DNA from: a virus
Taxonomy: Duplodnaviria; Caudoviricetes
Direction: 5' to 3' (one strand)
DNA: 64,000 nt
Virus record (IMG/VR): IMGVR_UViG_3300028591_000072
Coordinates: 1 to 64,000 of that record
The number at the start of each line of letters is the position of its first letter. The first letter of the stretch is position 1. The position numbers were made by a program, and so were the translations under genes. Of this stretch, positions 51,014 to 61,116 are shown piece by piece. The notes under the pieces are model-generated. The model had not been told where the DNA came from, made no database searches, and was given only the letters and a program-made list of their open reading frames with translations.

Positions 51014-51424
51014 TTATAATAATTTTTTAACAAACACTATTCTTTCTGAAGCGTATCCTGAAAGTAAATTACTGTCAAATCCATCATAATATTCAGTGCC
51101 AGTTGGTATCTTACACTCAAACAAATGGAAATATTTTCCAAATAGACTTTGATAATAATTGACTATTTCTTTCGCAACTATTTTAGATTGGTAAGTATGA
51201 ATGTACCCTTCAGAAATAATTCGGTAACCATAACTGTCTATTTTGATAGTCCTATCGCCCTCTCCAACATACGGGGAGAATCCATATACAATTTCTGACT
51301 TTATCGGATTTTCTTGGAATGGTGACTTATATGGATACCCTTCAAGTTTACATTCTTCAAGAATCTTATAACAGGATATATCTTCTTCTGCCACTTTTGG
51401 CGCACTGATTATATTTAAGCACAT
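51014..51424 (-). CDS. MCL..DI.CYK family protein
   Basis: paralog of 30132 and 51497. Confidence 0.75.
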   Translation of the reverse strand: MCLNIISAPKVAEEDISCYKILEECKLEGYPYKSPFQENPIKSEIVYGFSPYVGEGDRTIKIDSYGYRIISEGYIHTYQSKIVAKEIVNYYQSLFGKYFHLFECKIPTGTEYYDGFDSNLLSGYASERIVFVKKLL

Positions 51425-51496
51425 ATTATTCTTTATTTTTAATCAATTAAATTCATGTCGTTGAATGCTTCTTTATCTATCTTATCCAAATACTCA

Positions 51497-51997
51497 TCAA
51501 AAATGTATACCAGAAATCACGTCTATGTTCATCATTATTTGTTCATGGACATCAATCTTGATTTCTTTAATGAATTTTATTTTTTCAGAAGCGAAAGCCA
51601 CTTCATAAAAGTCATCTTCTCCTTCATAGTATTTTGCACCTTTTGGAATTTCGCATTCAAAAATACAGCAAACATATTTTGGATGAATAAATTCAATATG
51701 ATTTTTTAAATACCACGCACTTGTTAATGACTTATAAGTGTGTATGAATCCATTTCCAATAACATATTTGTTTGAAAATGCATCATACACACTTGTGTTG
51801 TCCGAGTTATAATCCATTCCTTTTATACTTTTTTCTCCATCAGCAAAAAACGGCGTTTTACCATCCACTACAATTTTTCGTATTGGAGTTTTTTGATATG
51901 GGGTCATAAATTCGCCATCACACAATAAAAGAACCTTATAGCATTTAATGTCATTTTCAGCAACAGAATATACAGATGTTTTCGTATTTAAGCACAT
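51497..51997 (-). CDS. MCL..DI.CYK family protein
   Basis: paralog of 30132 and 51014. Confidence 0.75.
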   Translation of the reverse strand: MCLNTKTSVYSVAENDIKCYKVLLLCDGEFMTPYQKTPIRKIVVDGKTPFFADGEKSIKGMDYNSDNTSVYDAFSNKYVIGNGFIHTYKSLTSAWYLKNHIEFIHPKYVCCIFECEIPKGAKYYEGEDDFYEVAFASEKIKFIKEIKIDVHEQIMMNIDVISGIHF

Positions 51998-51998
51998 A

Positions 51999-52238
51999 TT
52001 AAAATTCTAAATTTACATCATTAACAGGTTCATCGTTTTCAGTGTCTTCAACCTCTTCGATTCCTCCGTCATCCAAATCCCAGTATGTATATACATCGTT
52101 TTCTGTTATATACCTTTCGGCAATTTCAATTGCTTTTTCTTCTGAATTTTCAGTGTCAGGCACTTCAACAACAATTGATGTATGTGCCGAAAAATCAAGT
52201 CTATATTTAACTGTTTTCATAATTTTATTTTTTTTCAA
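51999..52238 (-). CDS. acidic hypothetical protein
   Basis: 79 aa. Confidence 0.6.
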   Translation of the reverse strand: MKKNKIMKTVKYRLDFSAHTSIVVEVPDTENSEEKAIEIAERYITENDVYTYWDLDDGGIEEVEDTENDEPVNDVNLEF

Positions 52239-52437
52239 CCATTAATATAATTTTATTACTATCATCGCCAAAGATTCTTCTTGAAATAACCTTGTATTCC
52301 TCTTCGATTTCGTTATAATCGCCAAAGTGCAATACAACAATATCGCCAACAATAGGGATAACGCCATCCCAATTTGGCCATTGTTTGATATATCCCCATC
52401 CTATTCCGTCTCTAAACTCTAATGTAAAATCTTTCAT
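52225..52437 (-). CDS. hypothetical protein
   Basis: IP.VGD.V; start moved to MKDFT. Confidence 0.6.
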   Translation of the reverse strand: MKDFTLEFRDGIGWGYIKQWPNWDGVIPIVGDIVVLHFGDYNEIEEEYKVISRRIFGDDSNKIILMVEKK

Positions 52438-52507
52438 TTTTCCTTTTTTAACAATTATACAAAATAATTTGTTAAATACCAAACTATTTATTGAAAAATA
52501 ATATTAT

Positions 52508-53290
52508 ATGAATAATAAAAAGAGGGTAAACGAAACCAAGACAAGGACGTTAAACGAAAGCGCAATAAGGAAAATAGTTTCAGAGACTTTAAGAAGACTT
52601 ATAAAAGAATATGGAGATGATGAATTGGGAGATGACTACGTTGACCATGATGAATGGCGTTCAGAAGAACCATCTGAAAACGAAGTAATGCAAATACTAC
52701 AGCAAATTCAAAAAAAATGTAATGAATGCGGTGCAACATTTAAAAACCTTGGAGAAAACGAGTTTGGGGTAATATCAAAAAATGGAAATTGCAGCGAAGT
52801 TGGAAATCTATTACAATATTTAGAACAAAATAGAATTATAAATAGAACCGGAGGCCATATATCAATAAATAATCCGTGGCATGTAAAATATAGAGTGATA
52901 AGCGGTATGAAATTAAATAAACCGTCAATAAATGAAATAGGTGATACGCCAAAAGGACAATATAAGTTGGGAAGACTTGACGCAAGATACATAAAAAAAA
53001 TGCTTAGGTCAAATGATGATGAAGAACAGCATAGATTACTAAAAAAAGCTGATGATATCAACGATTATGCCGAAAGTCAAATACATCCTGAAAAATATGA
53101 TGGAGTCGAAGACGAAGAAGAACTGTATTCATTACCAAAAGCATATAAGCTTGGATATAAAGACGAGCTTGGCGGGAAAACAGCGTCAGATAGACTACTT
53201 GATTTTTTCGGGTATGAGAACCGTGCCAATAATCCCGAAAAAGAATCTGAATTCAGAAAAAAACATCTTAAAGGCACAAGCATAGTATGA
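52508..53290 (+). CDS. INE-motif protein
   Basis: TLNESAIRKIVSETLRRLIKE; INEIGDT.KGQY.LG. Confidence 0.7.
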   Translation: MNNKKRVNETKTRTLNESAIRKIVSETLRRLIKEYGDDELGDDYVDHDEWRSEEPSENEVMQILQQIQKKCNECGATFKNLGENEFGVISKNGNCSEVGNLLQYLEQNRIINRTGGHISINNPWHVKYRVISGMKLNKPSINEIGDTPKGQYKLGRLDARYIKKMLRSNDDEEQHRLLKKADDINDYAESQIHPEKYDGVEDEEELYSLPKAYKLGYKDELGGKTASDRLLDFFGYENRANNPEKESEFRKKHLKGTSIV

Positions 53291-53334
53291 TTAAAAAAAC
53301 ATTAACTAAATAATAATTTTTAAATATTAAATAA

Positions 53335-54186
53335 ATGAAAGCTTTTTTTAATGCAATATTTAATTTTTTCAAAACATTGTTTGGTAAAAAGCCTGTTGTA
53401 GAAAACGCAACAAATAGCGAACCGATATCAAATGAAAATGACACGATAGTAAATAATGAAGTGCATAATGAGCCCAATAGTGAGCCAATTGATGAACCCA
53501 ATGAACCCATTGATGAGCCAAATCTTGGACAATCAGGAGAACCAACTTCAAATGATTGTAAGATGGTAATTTTGATTGATAATGGCCACGGAAATAACAC
53601 ACCAGGAAAGAAAAGCCCATATTCTTGCTATGGGGTAAAACCTGAAATTGAATTTTACGAATACAAATGGAATAGGGAAATTGCGACAGAAATCCATAAA
53701 AGACTTGTCGCTCTTGGATATGATGCAAGAATAATCGTACCTGAAATCATAGATATTTCATTAAAAGAAAGAGTTAATAGGGTCAATAAAATATGTACTG
53801 AAGTCGGTACACAAAATGTAATACTTCTTTCTGTACATGCAAATGCGGCAGGTAATGGAAAAGAATGGAAAACAGCAAGAGGATGGTGCGCATTTACGAC
53901 AAAAGGAACAACAAAAAGTGACACATTTGCAGAGTTTTTATATGACGAAGCAAAGAAAAACTTTGTAGGACACCAAATTAGAATGGATAAAACCGATGGC
54001 GACAGCGATTTGGAATCAAACTTTTATATAATCTATCATTCATATTGTACTGCTGTTCTTACCGAAAACTTTTTCTATGACAATGTTGAAGACGTAAAAT
54101 ATATATTGTCAGCAGAAGGCCGTGAAATGGTAATTAAAACACATGTTGATGGAATAATAAATTATTTAAATTCCTTAAAAAAATGA
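53335..54186 (+). CDS. N-acetylmuramoyl-L-alanine amidase (Amidase_3), probable endolysin
   Basis: ILIDNGHG, E..WN, SVHANA, LTENFF; EP-repeat linker. Confidence 0.9.
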   Translation: MKAFFNAIFNFFKTLFGKKPVVENATNSEPISNENDTIVNNEVHNEPNSEPIDEPNEPIDEPNLGQSGEPTSNDCKMVILIDNGHGNNTPGKKSPYSCYGVKPEIEFYEYKWNREIATEIHKRLVALGYDARIIVPEIIDISLKERVNRVNKICTEVGTQNVILLSVHANAAGNGKEWKTARGWCAFTTKGTTKSDTFAEFLYDEAKKNFVGHQIRMDKTDGDSDLESNFYIIYHSYCTAVLTENFFYDNVEDVKYILSAEGREMVIKTHVDGIINYLNSLKK

Positions 54187-54626
54187 TAGATGTTAATATA
54201 ATCAAAAAGGAAAGAAAAATGGCTGGTGAACTTGACGAACAAAAATTAATAAAAATTAACGAGAACGATATAATATCAATGGTCAAACGTGCTATTAATG
54301 AAGTTTCGTCAAAGAAAACAGCAATAAACAGGATATATAAAGCAACACACGATATAACAAATCACTTATATCGTGACGAAAATTGGCACGGAGTAACATT
54401 AGTTGTTGACGCAATTGAATCTCTTGGATATGAATGCGAAGTTACGGTTAAAGACGGTGGATATATGAAAAACGAAAGAGACCCATATGGACTTCCTTGG
54501 AAAGAATATCGCCTAACAATAACTACACCTGAGTGGTTTGAAATACATGGAACTCTTAATTGTCACGCAGCAGGAACAACTGAAGACCCGTTTGAAAGAT
54601 ATGACATGTCATTGGTTATATGGTAA
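54183..54626 (+). CDS. INE-motif protein
   Basis: IKINENDIISMVKRAINE. Confidence 0.7.
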   Translation: MIDVNIIKKERKMAGELDEQKLIKINENDIISMVKRAINEVSSKKTAINRIYKATHDITNHLYRDENWHGVTLVVDAIESLGYECEVTVKDGGYMKNERDPYGLPWKEYRLTITTPEWFEIHGTLNCHAAGTTEDPFERYDMSLVIW

Positions 54627-54653
54627 ACAATAAATTAAAAAGCAAAATATAAT

Positions 54654-54959
54654 ATGAAAAAGCAAGTATTAAAAATAAACGAAAGCCAATTAATGAATAT
54701 AATTGCAGAAGCAACGAAAAGAATTTTAAAAGAAGGAACATCTTTTAATGATAACATAAAAAAATGGCAATATTTAAAAGAAACAGCAGGAGACGAACAA
54801 ATGCTTGAATGTTTGTTTCAATGGGCTTCTTCAGACCAAATAGAGAAATGGCTTGAATGGTTTGATGAAGAAGGATATTTCGAAGGTTCTCCTTTCGAAG
54901 GAACTGAAGAAGAATTCAGCGATGAAGACGAATTAGAAGGTGATGGCGATTTATATTAA
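54654..54959 (+). CDS. INE-motif acidic protein
   Basis: LKINESQLMNIIAEATKRILKE. Confidence 0.7.
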   Translation: MKKQVLKINESQLMNIIAEATKRILKEGTSFNDNIKKWQYLKETAGDEQMLECLFQWASSDQIEKWLEWFDEEGYFEGSPFEGTEEEFSDEDELEGDGDLY

Positions 54960-55027
54960 AAAGTACATTCACAAAATAATAAAGGGTGACGAGTTATCGC
55001 CACCCTTTTTTAATAATAAGATTTAAT

Positions 55028-55378
55028 TCACTTTTTCTTTACGGTAATGATTAATTTACCGTTATTAATTTCAGCATCAAGAGTATCAGCATCTGCATTT
55101 TTAGGAAGATATTCCTTAACACTTACCATATGTTCGGAAGTCTCTTTCTTAATGTGATATTTAACTTCAACCATTCCATCTTTTTCAAGATTAATTTCAA
55201 CGTTGTCTGATGTTGAATTTACGTCAACATCCATTGAAAGTTCATAGTATCCGTCTTTTGATACAAAATTTGATGCATTGTTAAATAACGGTTTTCCAAA
55301 ATCAAAAGCATCGAAAAGTTTTGAAAAATCATTTTCAAAAGTAGTTAATGGGAAATAACCAAATAATCTTTCCAACAT
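55028..55378 (-). CDS. Hsp20/alpha-crystallin small heat-shock protein
   Basis: LP...D.DTLDA...NG.L.IT. Confidence 0.75.
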   Translation of the reverse strand: MLERLFGYFPLTTFENDFSKLFDAFDFGKPLFNNASNFVSKDGYYELSMDVDVNSTSDNVEINLEKDGMVEVKYHIKKETSEHMVSVKEYLPKNADADTLDAEINNGKLIITVKKK

Positions 55379-55409
55379 AGTACTATTATTTTATAAATTA
55401 TTATGATTT

Positions 55410-56737
55410 GTAATCGGGAAAACCCACTACTTTAGTGATGGGATGAAAGCGAACTCACCTTCTTTTTTGTAAATATACAATTTTTTTACAAAAAATCAAA
55501 ACTTTTTGTAAAAACAAACTATTTATATGTAGAATGAAGGAAATTTACAAATCATACAAATTCAGAATCTACCCGAATAAGGAACAACAAGTCGTCCTTG
55601 CCCGGTATTTTGGCTCTGTGTGTTTTGTGTATAACCATTTCCTTGCTGAACGGAAACGACAATACGAAGAAACAAATTCTTCGGATAATTACTACGCACA
55701 GGCGAAGGCGCTGACGGAGCTCAAGCACTCTGAAGAATTCTCGTGGCTATCCGAAATCAATTCCCAAACCCTACAGCACGCTCTTCGTCATCTTGAAACA
55801 GCATATGTCAATTTCTTCCGTGGAAATGCAAAGTTTCCATCATTTAAATCAAAGAAAGCCAAGAACAGTTTTACGGTTCCACAGCATTGTACAATATCAG
55901 GTAACAGAATCTATATTCCTAAGTTCAAAGAAGGCATTAAGGTAAGGGAACACCGAAAGGTTAATGGTATTGTAAAGAGTATGACAATTTCTTTGACACC
56001 GGACGGTAAATACTATGTTTCCATCCTATCAAAAGAAAATTGTGAAACTATAGGCAAAACCGGTAAGGTGGTAGGTATTGACTTGGGCTTGAAGGATTTC
56101 GTCATTACATCCGATGGAAGGAAGTATAAGAACCATCGTTACATAAAACAATATGAAAAAGAGTTAGCGACAGCACAAAAACATCTCTCTCGTAAACAAT
56201 ACGGCAGCAATTCCTATGAAAAACAAAGAAGAAAGGTTGCCAGGATACACGAGAAAATAGCCAACTGTCGTATGGACAATCAACACAAAGTTTCTCTTGA
56301 TTTAATCAGAAACTACGATGTTATCTGCTTAGAAGACTTAAACATCAAGGGAATGGTTAAGAACAGTCGCCTGGCAAAAGCAATCAACGATGCCTCATGG
56401 GGACAATTTGTTTCAATGCTTACCTATAAGGCAGAACTAAATGATAAACAGGTTGTTAAAATAGATAGGTGGTATCCTTCGAGTAAAACCTGCCACAATT
56501 GTGGGTGGGTTAATGAAGGCTTAAAACTATCAGACAGGCAATGGGATTGCCCTCATTGTGGCGAGGTGATAGACAGAGATGTTAATGCCGCTAAAAACAT
56601 CCTCTCAGAAGGATTAAGAAATATATCGGTGGGGCACACCGATTACACTGATGGAGGCATAGTAAGACTCAGCAATGAGCATCAGCCCGTGAAGTCAGGA
56701 AGAAGCCCACGATTTTAATTGTGGGAGTCTATGTCAC
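55410..56737 (+). mobile_element. IS1341/IS605-type tnpB-only element
   Basis: left hairpin aaacccactactttagtgatggg; right end aagcccacgattttaattgtgggag...TCAC. Confidence 0.75.
55534..56718 (+). CDS. tnpB: TnpB RNA-guided endonuclease
   Basis: YKFRIYP HTH; GIDLG, EDL, PSSKTC..CG..CPHCG, DRD.NAAKNI. Confidence 0.95.
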   Translation: MKEIYKSYKFRIYPNKEQQVVLARYFGSVCFVYNHFLAERKRQYEETNSSDNYYAQAKALTELKHSEEFSWLSEINSQTLQHALRHLETAYVNFFRGNAKFPSFKSKKAKNSFTVPQHCTISGNRIYIPKFKEGIKVREHRKVNGIVKSMTISLTPDGKYYVSILSKENCETIGKTGKVVGIDLGLKDFVITSDGRKYKNHRYIKQYEKELATAQKHLSRKQYGSNSYEKQRRKVARIHEKIANCRMDNQHKVSLDLIRNYDVICLEDLNIKGMVKNSRLAKAINDASWGQFVSMLTYKAELNDKQVVKIDRWYPSSKTCHNCGWVNEGLKLSDRQWDCPHCGEVIDRDVNAAKNILSEGLRNISVGHTDYTDGGIVRLSNEHQPVKSGRSPRF

Positions 56738-56952
56738 AGTCTTGTAACAATTCTACCCCTTGTAAGGTCATAAGGTGAAATTTCAACTTTCACCCTATCA
56801 CCTTCAAGTATTCTTATGTAGTTTTGCCTAATTTTTCCACTTATTACACAAAGTAATTCAATTCCAGTATCATCCAATTCAACTCTAAACATTGCATTTG
56901 GCAATGCTTGTATCACAATTCCTTCTTGTGTAATTAATCCTTGCTTAGACAT
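56734..56952 (-). CDS. infA: translation initiation factor IF-1
   Basis: [38 protein letters not shown]. Confidence 0.95.
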   Translation of the reverse strand: MSKQGLITQEGIVIQALPNAMFRVELDDTGIELLCVISGKIRQNYIRILEGDRVKVEISPYDLTRGRIVTRL

Positions 56953-56957
56953 AAATA

Positions 56958-58073
56958 TTAGATAATTGATTTTTTAACCGTATCGTATCCCGCTTCTCCA
57001 TAATGGAAAATTTCAGCGAGTGTAATAGGCTTATTAAGTGTAGTTTCAATACCACGTTCCCTTAAAATTGCTTCAGCCTTAGGAACAGCCAATTCTTTAA
57101 ACTCATATTTTGACATTAATCTGCCTTTTCTCAAAAGTGCGCCATCAATATTCTTCATATCTTCATTGAAAGTACAGATAAATTTCATTCCAAGGTCATC
57201 AGAAAGCAATCCATCAGTCATATTAAGCAATAAAGATACTGCTGAAGCGCTTCCGCTTTCTTTCCTATCCCTGATTGCATTTTCGCAGTCTTCAAGAATG
57301 ATAACGTGGTTATTCAAAGTAATAAGGAAAGAGCCAAATGATGGTTCCCCTAAAAGCGTAATCATACTTGCAGGAACATATACAAACTTTCTGTTTGGAA
57401 ACAAATTAACAAGATGTTTAATATATGATGTCTTTCCTGTTCCTTTTTCTCCATGCAAAATAACAAGCCCACTCTTATCATCTTCAGCAATAAAATTACG
57501 GATTTTTTCATCTTCAGCCTCAAATCCGTCATTGTACAATTTATTAATATTGAAATTTTGGTAAACTTTGACCTTCCCCTTATCAAGATAATATCCTGAT
57601 GGACTACTACACAATCTCCAAATGTTGTTTTCCTCTCCCTCAGGTGCTATATAGAATTGAAGCACGGATTCAACAAATGATTGCAACTCGTCCAAATGCT
57701 TGTTGTCGAAAAGAACATAGGACTCTGTTACAGAAGTTTCAAATCTTGCATAAATGTTACTTTTATTAAGAATAATGCAAAATCCGAGATTTGTTTTATC
57801 TTCTTTGCTTCCTAAAACCGTAGTGAAATATGGAGTAAATTCAACATCCTCTTCTTTAGAAGTATGTTCCAATAAATAATTTGCTATTTTCTTTGTATCA
57901 AATTTATAATCTCCATTAGTTCTTGATTCATAATCAAAAAGATAGCATCCAGGGAAATAGCCATTTTTTGCATAAAATAAATTTTGTAATGAAATTCCGT
58001 CAACATCACCATATCTACTTGATTTATCAAATGGCAATTGAATGTTTTCAAATTTTTTAATTCCTTCAATCAT
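56958..58073 (-). CDS. AAA+ ATPase
   Basis: [28 protein letters not shown]. Confidence 0.85.
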   Translation of the reverse strand: MIEGIKKFENIQLPFDKSSRYGDVDGISLQNLFYAKNGYFPGCYLFDYESRTNGDYKFDTKKIANYLLEHTSKEEDVEFTPYFTTVLGSKEDKTNLGFCIILNKSNIYARFETSVTESYVLFDNKHLDELQSFVESVLQFYIAPEGEENNIWRLCSSPSGYYLDKGKVKVYQNFNINKLYNDGFEAEDEKIRNFIAEDDKSGLVILHGEKGTGKTSYIKHLVNLFPNRKFVYVPASMITLLGEPSFGSFLITLNNHVIILEDCENAIRDRKESGSASAVSLLLNMTDGLLSDDLGMKFICTFNEDMKNIDGALLRKGRLMSKYEFKELAVPKAEAILRERGIETTLNKPITLAEIFHYGEAGYDTVKKSII

Positions 58074-58183
58074 AGATTTATTTAAATATTTTCATTTAAT
58101 ATACAAATATTATTTATTATTTCAAAATTTTTCAATATTAATTTTTGCATATAGTCCCATTTTAAAATATTATGAACTATAAA

Positions 58184-58402
58184 TCATATTGTATCCTTTC
58201 TTATGTACATTGTATTTTTTGTTTGGTCAAGTAGGCAACGACAACTTATTGGTAATTTAATTTGGTTATCAGATAAGATTTTTGTTGCCGAATTCCTTCC
58301 TGAAATTGCATTTGGCCGAAAAACGTGTTTATAATTCCATTTATCACCACCAATATAACAAGAGTAAAAATTATCTGTATATGCATATCCTTTCGATTTC
58401 AT
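58184..58402 (-). CDS. hypothetical protein
   Basis: ATGA-coupled. Confidence 0.55.
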   Translation of the reverse strand: MKSKGYAYTDNFYSCYIGGDKWNYKHVFRPNAISGRNSATKILSDNQIKLPISCRCLLDQTKNTMYIRKDTI

Positions 58403-58629
58403 ATTTTATATGTTTTTACGATATTTATTCCTTCAGATGAGTTTTTAATAAATATATTGTTATCCTCAAGGTATAATGTATTAATTATATGAGATGCACC
58501 GTTTTTGCTATAATCATAATAAGAGTCATAAGGTACTGTCCCAAATGTTGCGACAGTATCTTCATCATATATAAACAAACTATCATTGTCCGAATTTAAT
58601 TTTTTTGAACGTCTAATTGCCTTACTCAT
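58399..58629 (-). CDS. hypothetical protein
   Basis: coupled to helicase stop. Confidence 0.55.
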   Translation of the reverse strand: MSKAIRRSKKLNSDNDSLFIYDEDTVATFGTVPYDSYYDYSKNGASHIINTLYLEDNNIFIKNSSEGINIVKTYKI

Positions 58630-61114
58630 TTTTTATTTCCATTCTTATTTCTTCTAATTCTTTATATAGCATGTTTTTTTCAGAAAAAAACGTTTTTGGC
58701 CTTATTTCAGATTCTGAAACAAAATTTAAACTGTTTTTTGGCCTTGTACACATTACATATTGAAGATGTTTTTCTTCTTCTATTTCCCACTTTGCTTCTG
58801 CCAATTTACTTGGTATTAGAGATGGGCATATAATAAATACGTTGTCAGCCTCAAGCCCCTTTGCTCTGTGTATTGTTGATAATTGGATACCACCATCTTC
58901 TTCGTTTGAAAATATATCATTTATGAATTTTTCGACATCTTCCCTTGTTTCAACAGTTTTTGGGAAATTCTCTATTGTTTTGATATTATCAAGTAATGAA
59001 ATTATAATTGGATTTGTCATTGTTTCTTTTTTATCAAGTCCACTTTCCTCGGTAAAGAAATCCCACGTTGCTATAATTCTATGCTTTAGGCTATCAATAA
59101 TTTCTTTTGGTGTGTTACCATAAGAGCAATCAATTGCTGTTATCAATGATTTACCAAGTTCTTCACCTTTAAAGCACATCTTTTTCCCTTGTGAAACCCC
59201 TATCCTATAAAAATCCATTAAAGGTGATATATTTCTGCAAAGAACCATATCGCCATTTTTTATATCGTTTATGTACGTATCAAAATTAACTGACCCTTCA
59301 GGCGCATTTTCTCTTGCGTGAATATTGTTATCTGTATATCTTTTTGCGTATTCAATTATTTTAGTTCCGCACCTATAGTTGGTTGTTAAAGGAAATTCAA
59401 CGGAATCACGCCTGAATTGTGTGGTATCTTTTAAGTGCTCAAACGATTCAGAATCACTTCCACACCATGTGTTAATGCAATTGTGCGTCAAAATTCCATC
59501 AGCAACATAATTATGCCTTTTTTCCACTTCTATTGAATATACTTTCTTTTTTTCATTTAATATTTCAATATTGTTTATAACGCTATATGCACATTTATAA
59601 AATTTACAAATTTTATTACTTTTAGTTCTTTCTGAATAATTTTTTTCATCAAAATAATTAACAGACATTACAGAAGGTATTAAGTTACATGCTCTTATTT
59701 TAAACATGTGGTCTCTTGCATATTTTTGCTTATCCCCTTTAAACGTAAATGGGTAATTAATGTTCTTGTTAAAATAAGAAAGACATTTTAATGCTCTGTC
59801 AGTAATGTCACCAAGATATTTTTCATAATATTCTAAAACATCATCTTTTGTAAATTTACATTTATTACCACTTCTGTTCGGATTAAATATAATTTGTGGT
59901 ATTCCAAATTTTGCTGAAATAAACGATTCAAACATCATGGCATCTTTATTAGAATCTAATACGCATAAAATCCAAACTTCGTTACATTCTTCATATTTCA
60001 TTCTTATTTTAGCACCAAATCCTTCTTTTTCACTTTTAAACATTTTACTTTTCCCAATACGCCACATTCCACATTCGTTTTTCATTAAATAAACGACATA
60101 TTTTCCTTCACATTTTTTTCTATCAAATTTAGCATAACAAATATGATTTTCAGAATATTCGCTACAAAGCCCATTTTCTGTATATATTTTAAATGTCTTA
60201 TCAACAAATCTTTCAGATTTTCCAATAACCATGCATCCTTTATTGACTTTTGGCGATTTTTTATAATAAGTATAAACACCAGTTTCTGATTCGTTATAAG
60301 TCATTACCCTATCACCAACTTCAATATCTTCAATATTTTTTTCTTCATAATTTGTTAATAAAACTTTAGTTCCAGCTGGCTGACATTGGTCCCTGTCGCC
60401 AAAAGAAAACATTCTTGTTTCTCTCTTAAAGCATCTGCTTATAACGTCTTGTTGCGCAATTGAAGCATCTTGTGCCTCATCAAGCATTATAATATCTGAA
60501 CTATATATTTTTGTAAAATACCCGTATTGACTTGGAAACCATAACAAATCCTGAAAATCCACAACATCGGTTGTGTTGTATCCCCATTCAAGAACTTTAT
60601 TAACAAAAGCGCATTCATCAGCGACTAAAATCATGTTGTATTTCTTTTCGGCCAAACGCTTCAACTCCCTTTCTGACTTTTTAAGGTTATGACGTGCCTT
60701 GTTTAGTAATTCAAAAACATTTGACTTATAAATCATTTTTGAATTTCTTGCAAGTGAAAAATATGCTTCACTTCCAATTTCATCAATATTTTTATTAATG
60801 TAATTCCTATATTTGTTGTCATCAATGTTTGGATTAAATCCAAAATGCTCAACAAACATTCTATAAGCCAATCCGTGAATTGTATAGACTTTTATGTTTT
60901 TTTTGCCGCCAATTTTTTCAACTAATGTATCTCTTGTTGACCTATTATGTGCTAACAGCATAACCTTTTTATCTGGCTTTATCCTATTTGCACATTCGAC
61001 AAGCGTTGTTGTTTTTCCTGCACCAGCAACCGCCTGAACAATCATGTTTTGAATTCCATGTTCAGCAAAATCGAAAATTGCTTTTTGTTCGTCACTAAAA
61101 TTAAAATCAGGCAT
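58622..61114 (-). CDS. UvrD/Rep-like SF1 helicase containing an intein
   Basis: AVAGAGKT, DEAQD, GD..Q, NYRC, STIHRAKGLE, YV..TR. Confidence 0.9.
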   Translation of the reverse strand: MPDFNFSDEQKAIFDFAEHGIQNMIVQAVAGAGKTTTLVECANRIKPDKKVMLLAHNRSTRDTLVEKIGGKKNIKVYTIHGLAYRMFVEHFGFNPNIDDNKYRNYINKNIDEIGSEAYFSLARNSKMIYKSNVFELLNKARHNLKKSERELKRLAEKKYNMILVADECAFVNKVLEWGYNTTDVVDFQDLLWFPSQYGYFTKIYSSDIIMLDEAQDASIAQQDVISRCFKRETRMFSFGDRDQCQPAGTKVLLTNYEEKNIEDIEVGDRVMTYNESETGVYTYYKKSPKVNKGCMVIGKSERFVDKTFKIYTENGLCSEYSENHICYAKFDRKKCEGKYVVYLMKNECGMWRIGKSKMFKSEKEGFGAKIRMKYEECNEVWILCVLDSNKDAMMFESFISAKFGIPQIIFNPNRSGNKCKFTKDDVLEYYEKYLGDITDRALKCLSYFNKNINYPFTFKGDKQKYARDHMFKIRACNLIPSVMSVNYFDEKNYSERTKSNKICKFYKCAYSVINNIEILNEKKKVYSIEVEKRHNYVADGILTHNCINTWCGSDSESFEHLKDTTQFRRDSVEFPLTTNYRCGTKIIEYAKRYTDNNIHARENAPEGSVNFDTYINDIKNGDMVLCRNISPLMDFYRIGVSQGKKMCFKGEELGKSLITAIDCSYGNTPKEIIDSLKHRIIATWDFFTEESGLDKKETMTNPIIISLLDNIKTIENFPKTVETREDVEKFINDIFSNEEDGGIQLSTIHRAKGLEADNVFIICPSLIPSKLAEAKWEIEEEKHLQYVMCTRPKNSLNFVSESEIRPKTFFSEKNMLYKELEEIRMEIKNE
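59480..60385 (-). mobile_element. intein (~302 aa) in helicase motif III
   Basis: GDRDQ|CQPAGTKVLL...NYVADGILTHN|CIN. Confidence 0.9.
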
Positions 61115-61116
61115 TA

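Noticed and set aside
55534-56718. TnpB as a Cas12-like effector of the CRISPR array
   Set aside because: 10 kb away, has its own IS ends and omegaRNA-like 3' region; the array is embedded in a class 1 operon
56958-58073. AAA ATPase as the sigma54 enhancer-binding activator
   Set aside because: No GAFTGA loop; motifs fit classical-clade AAA proteins
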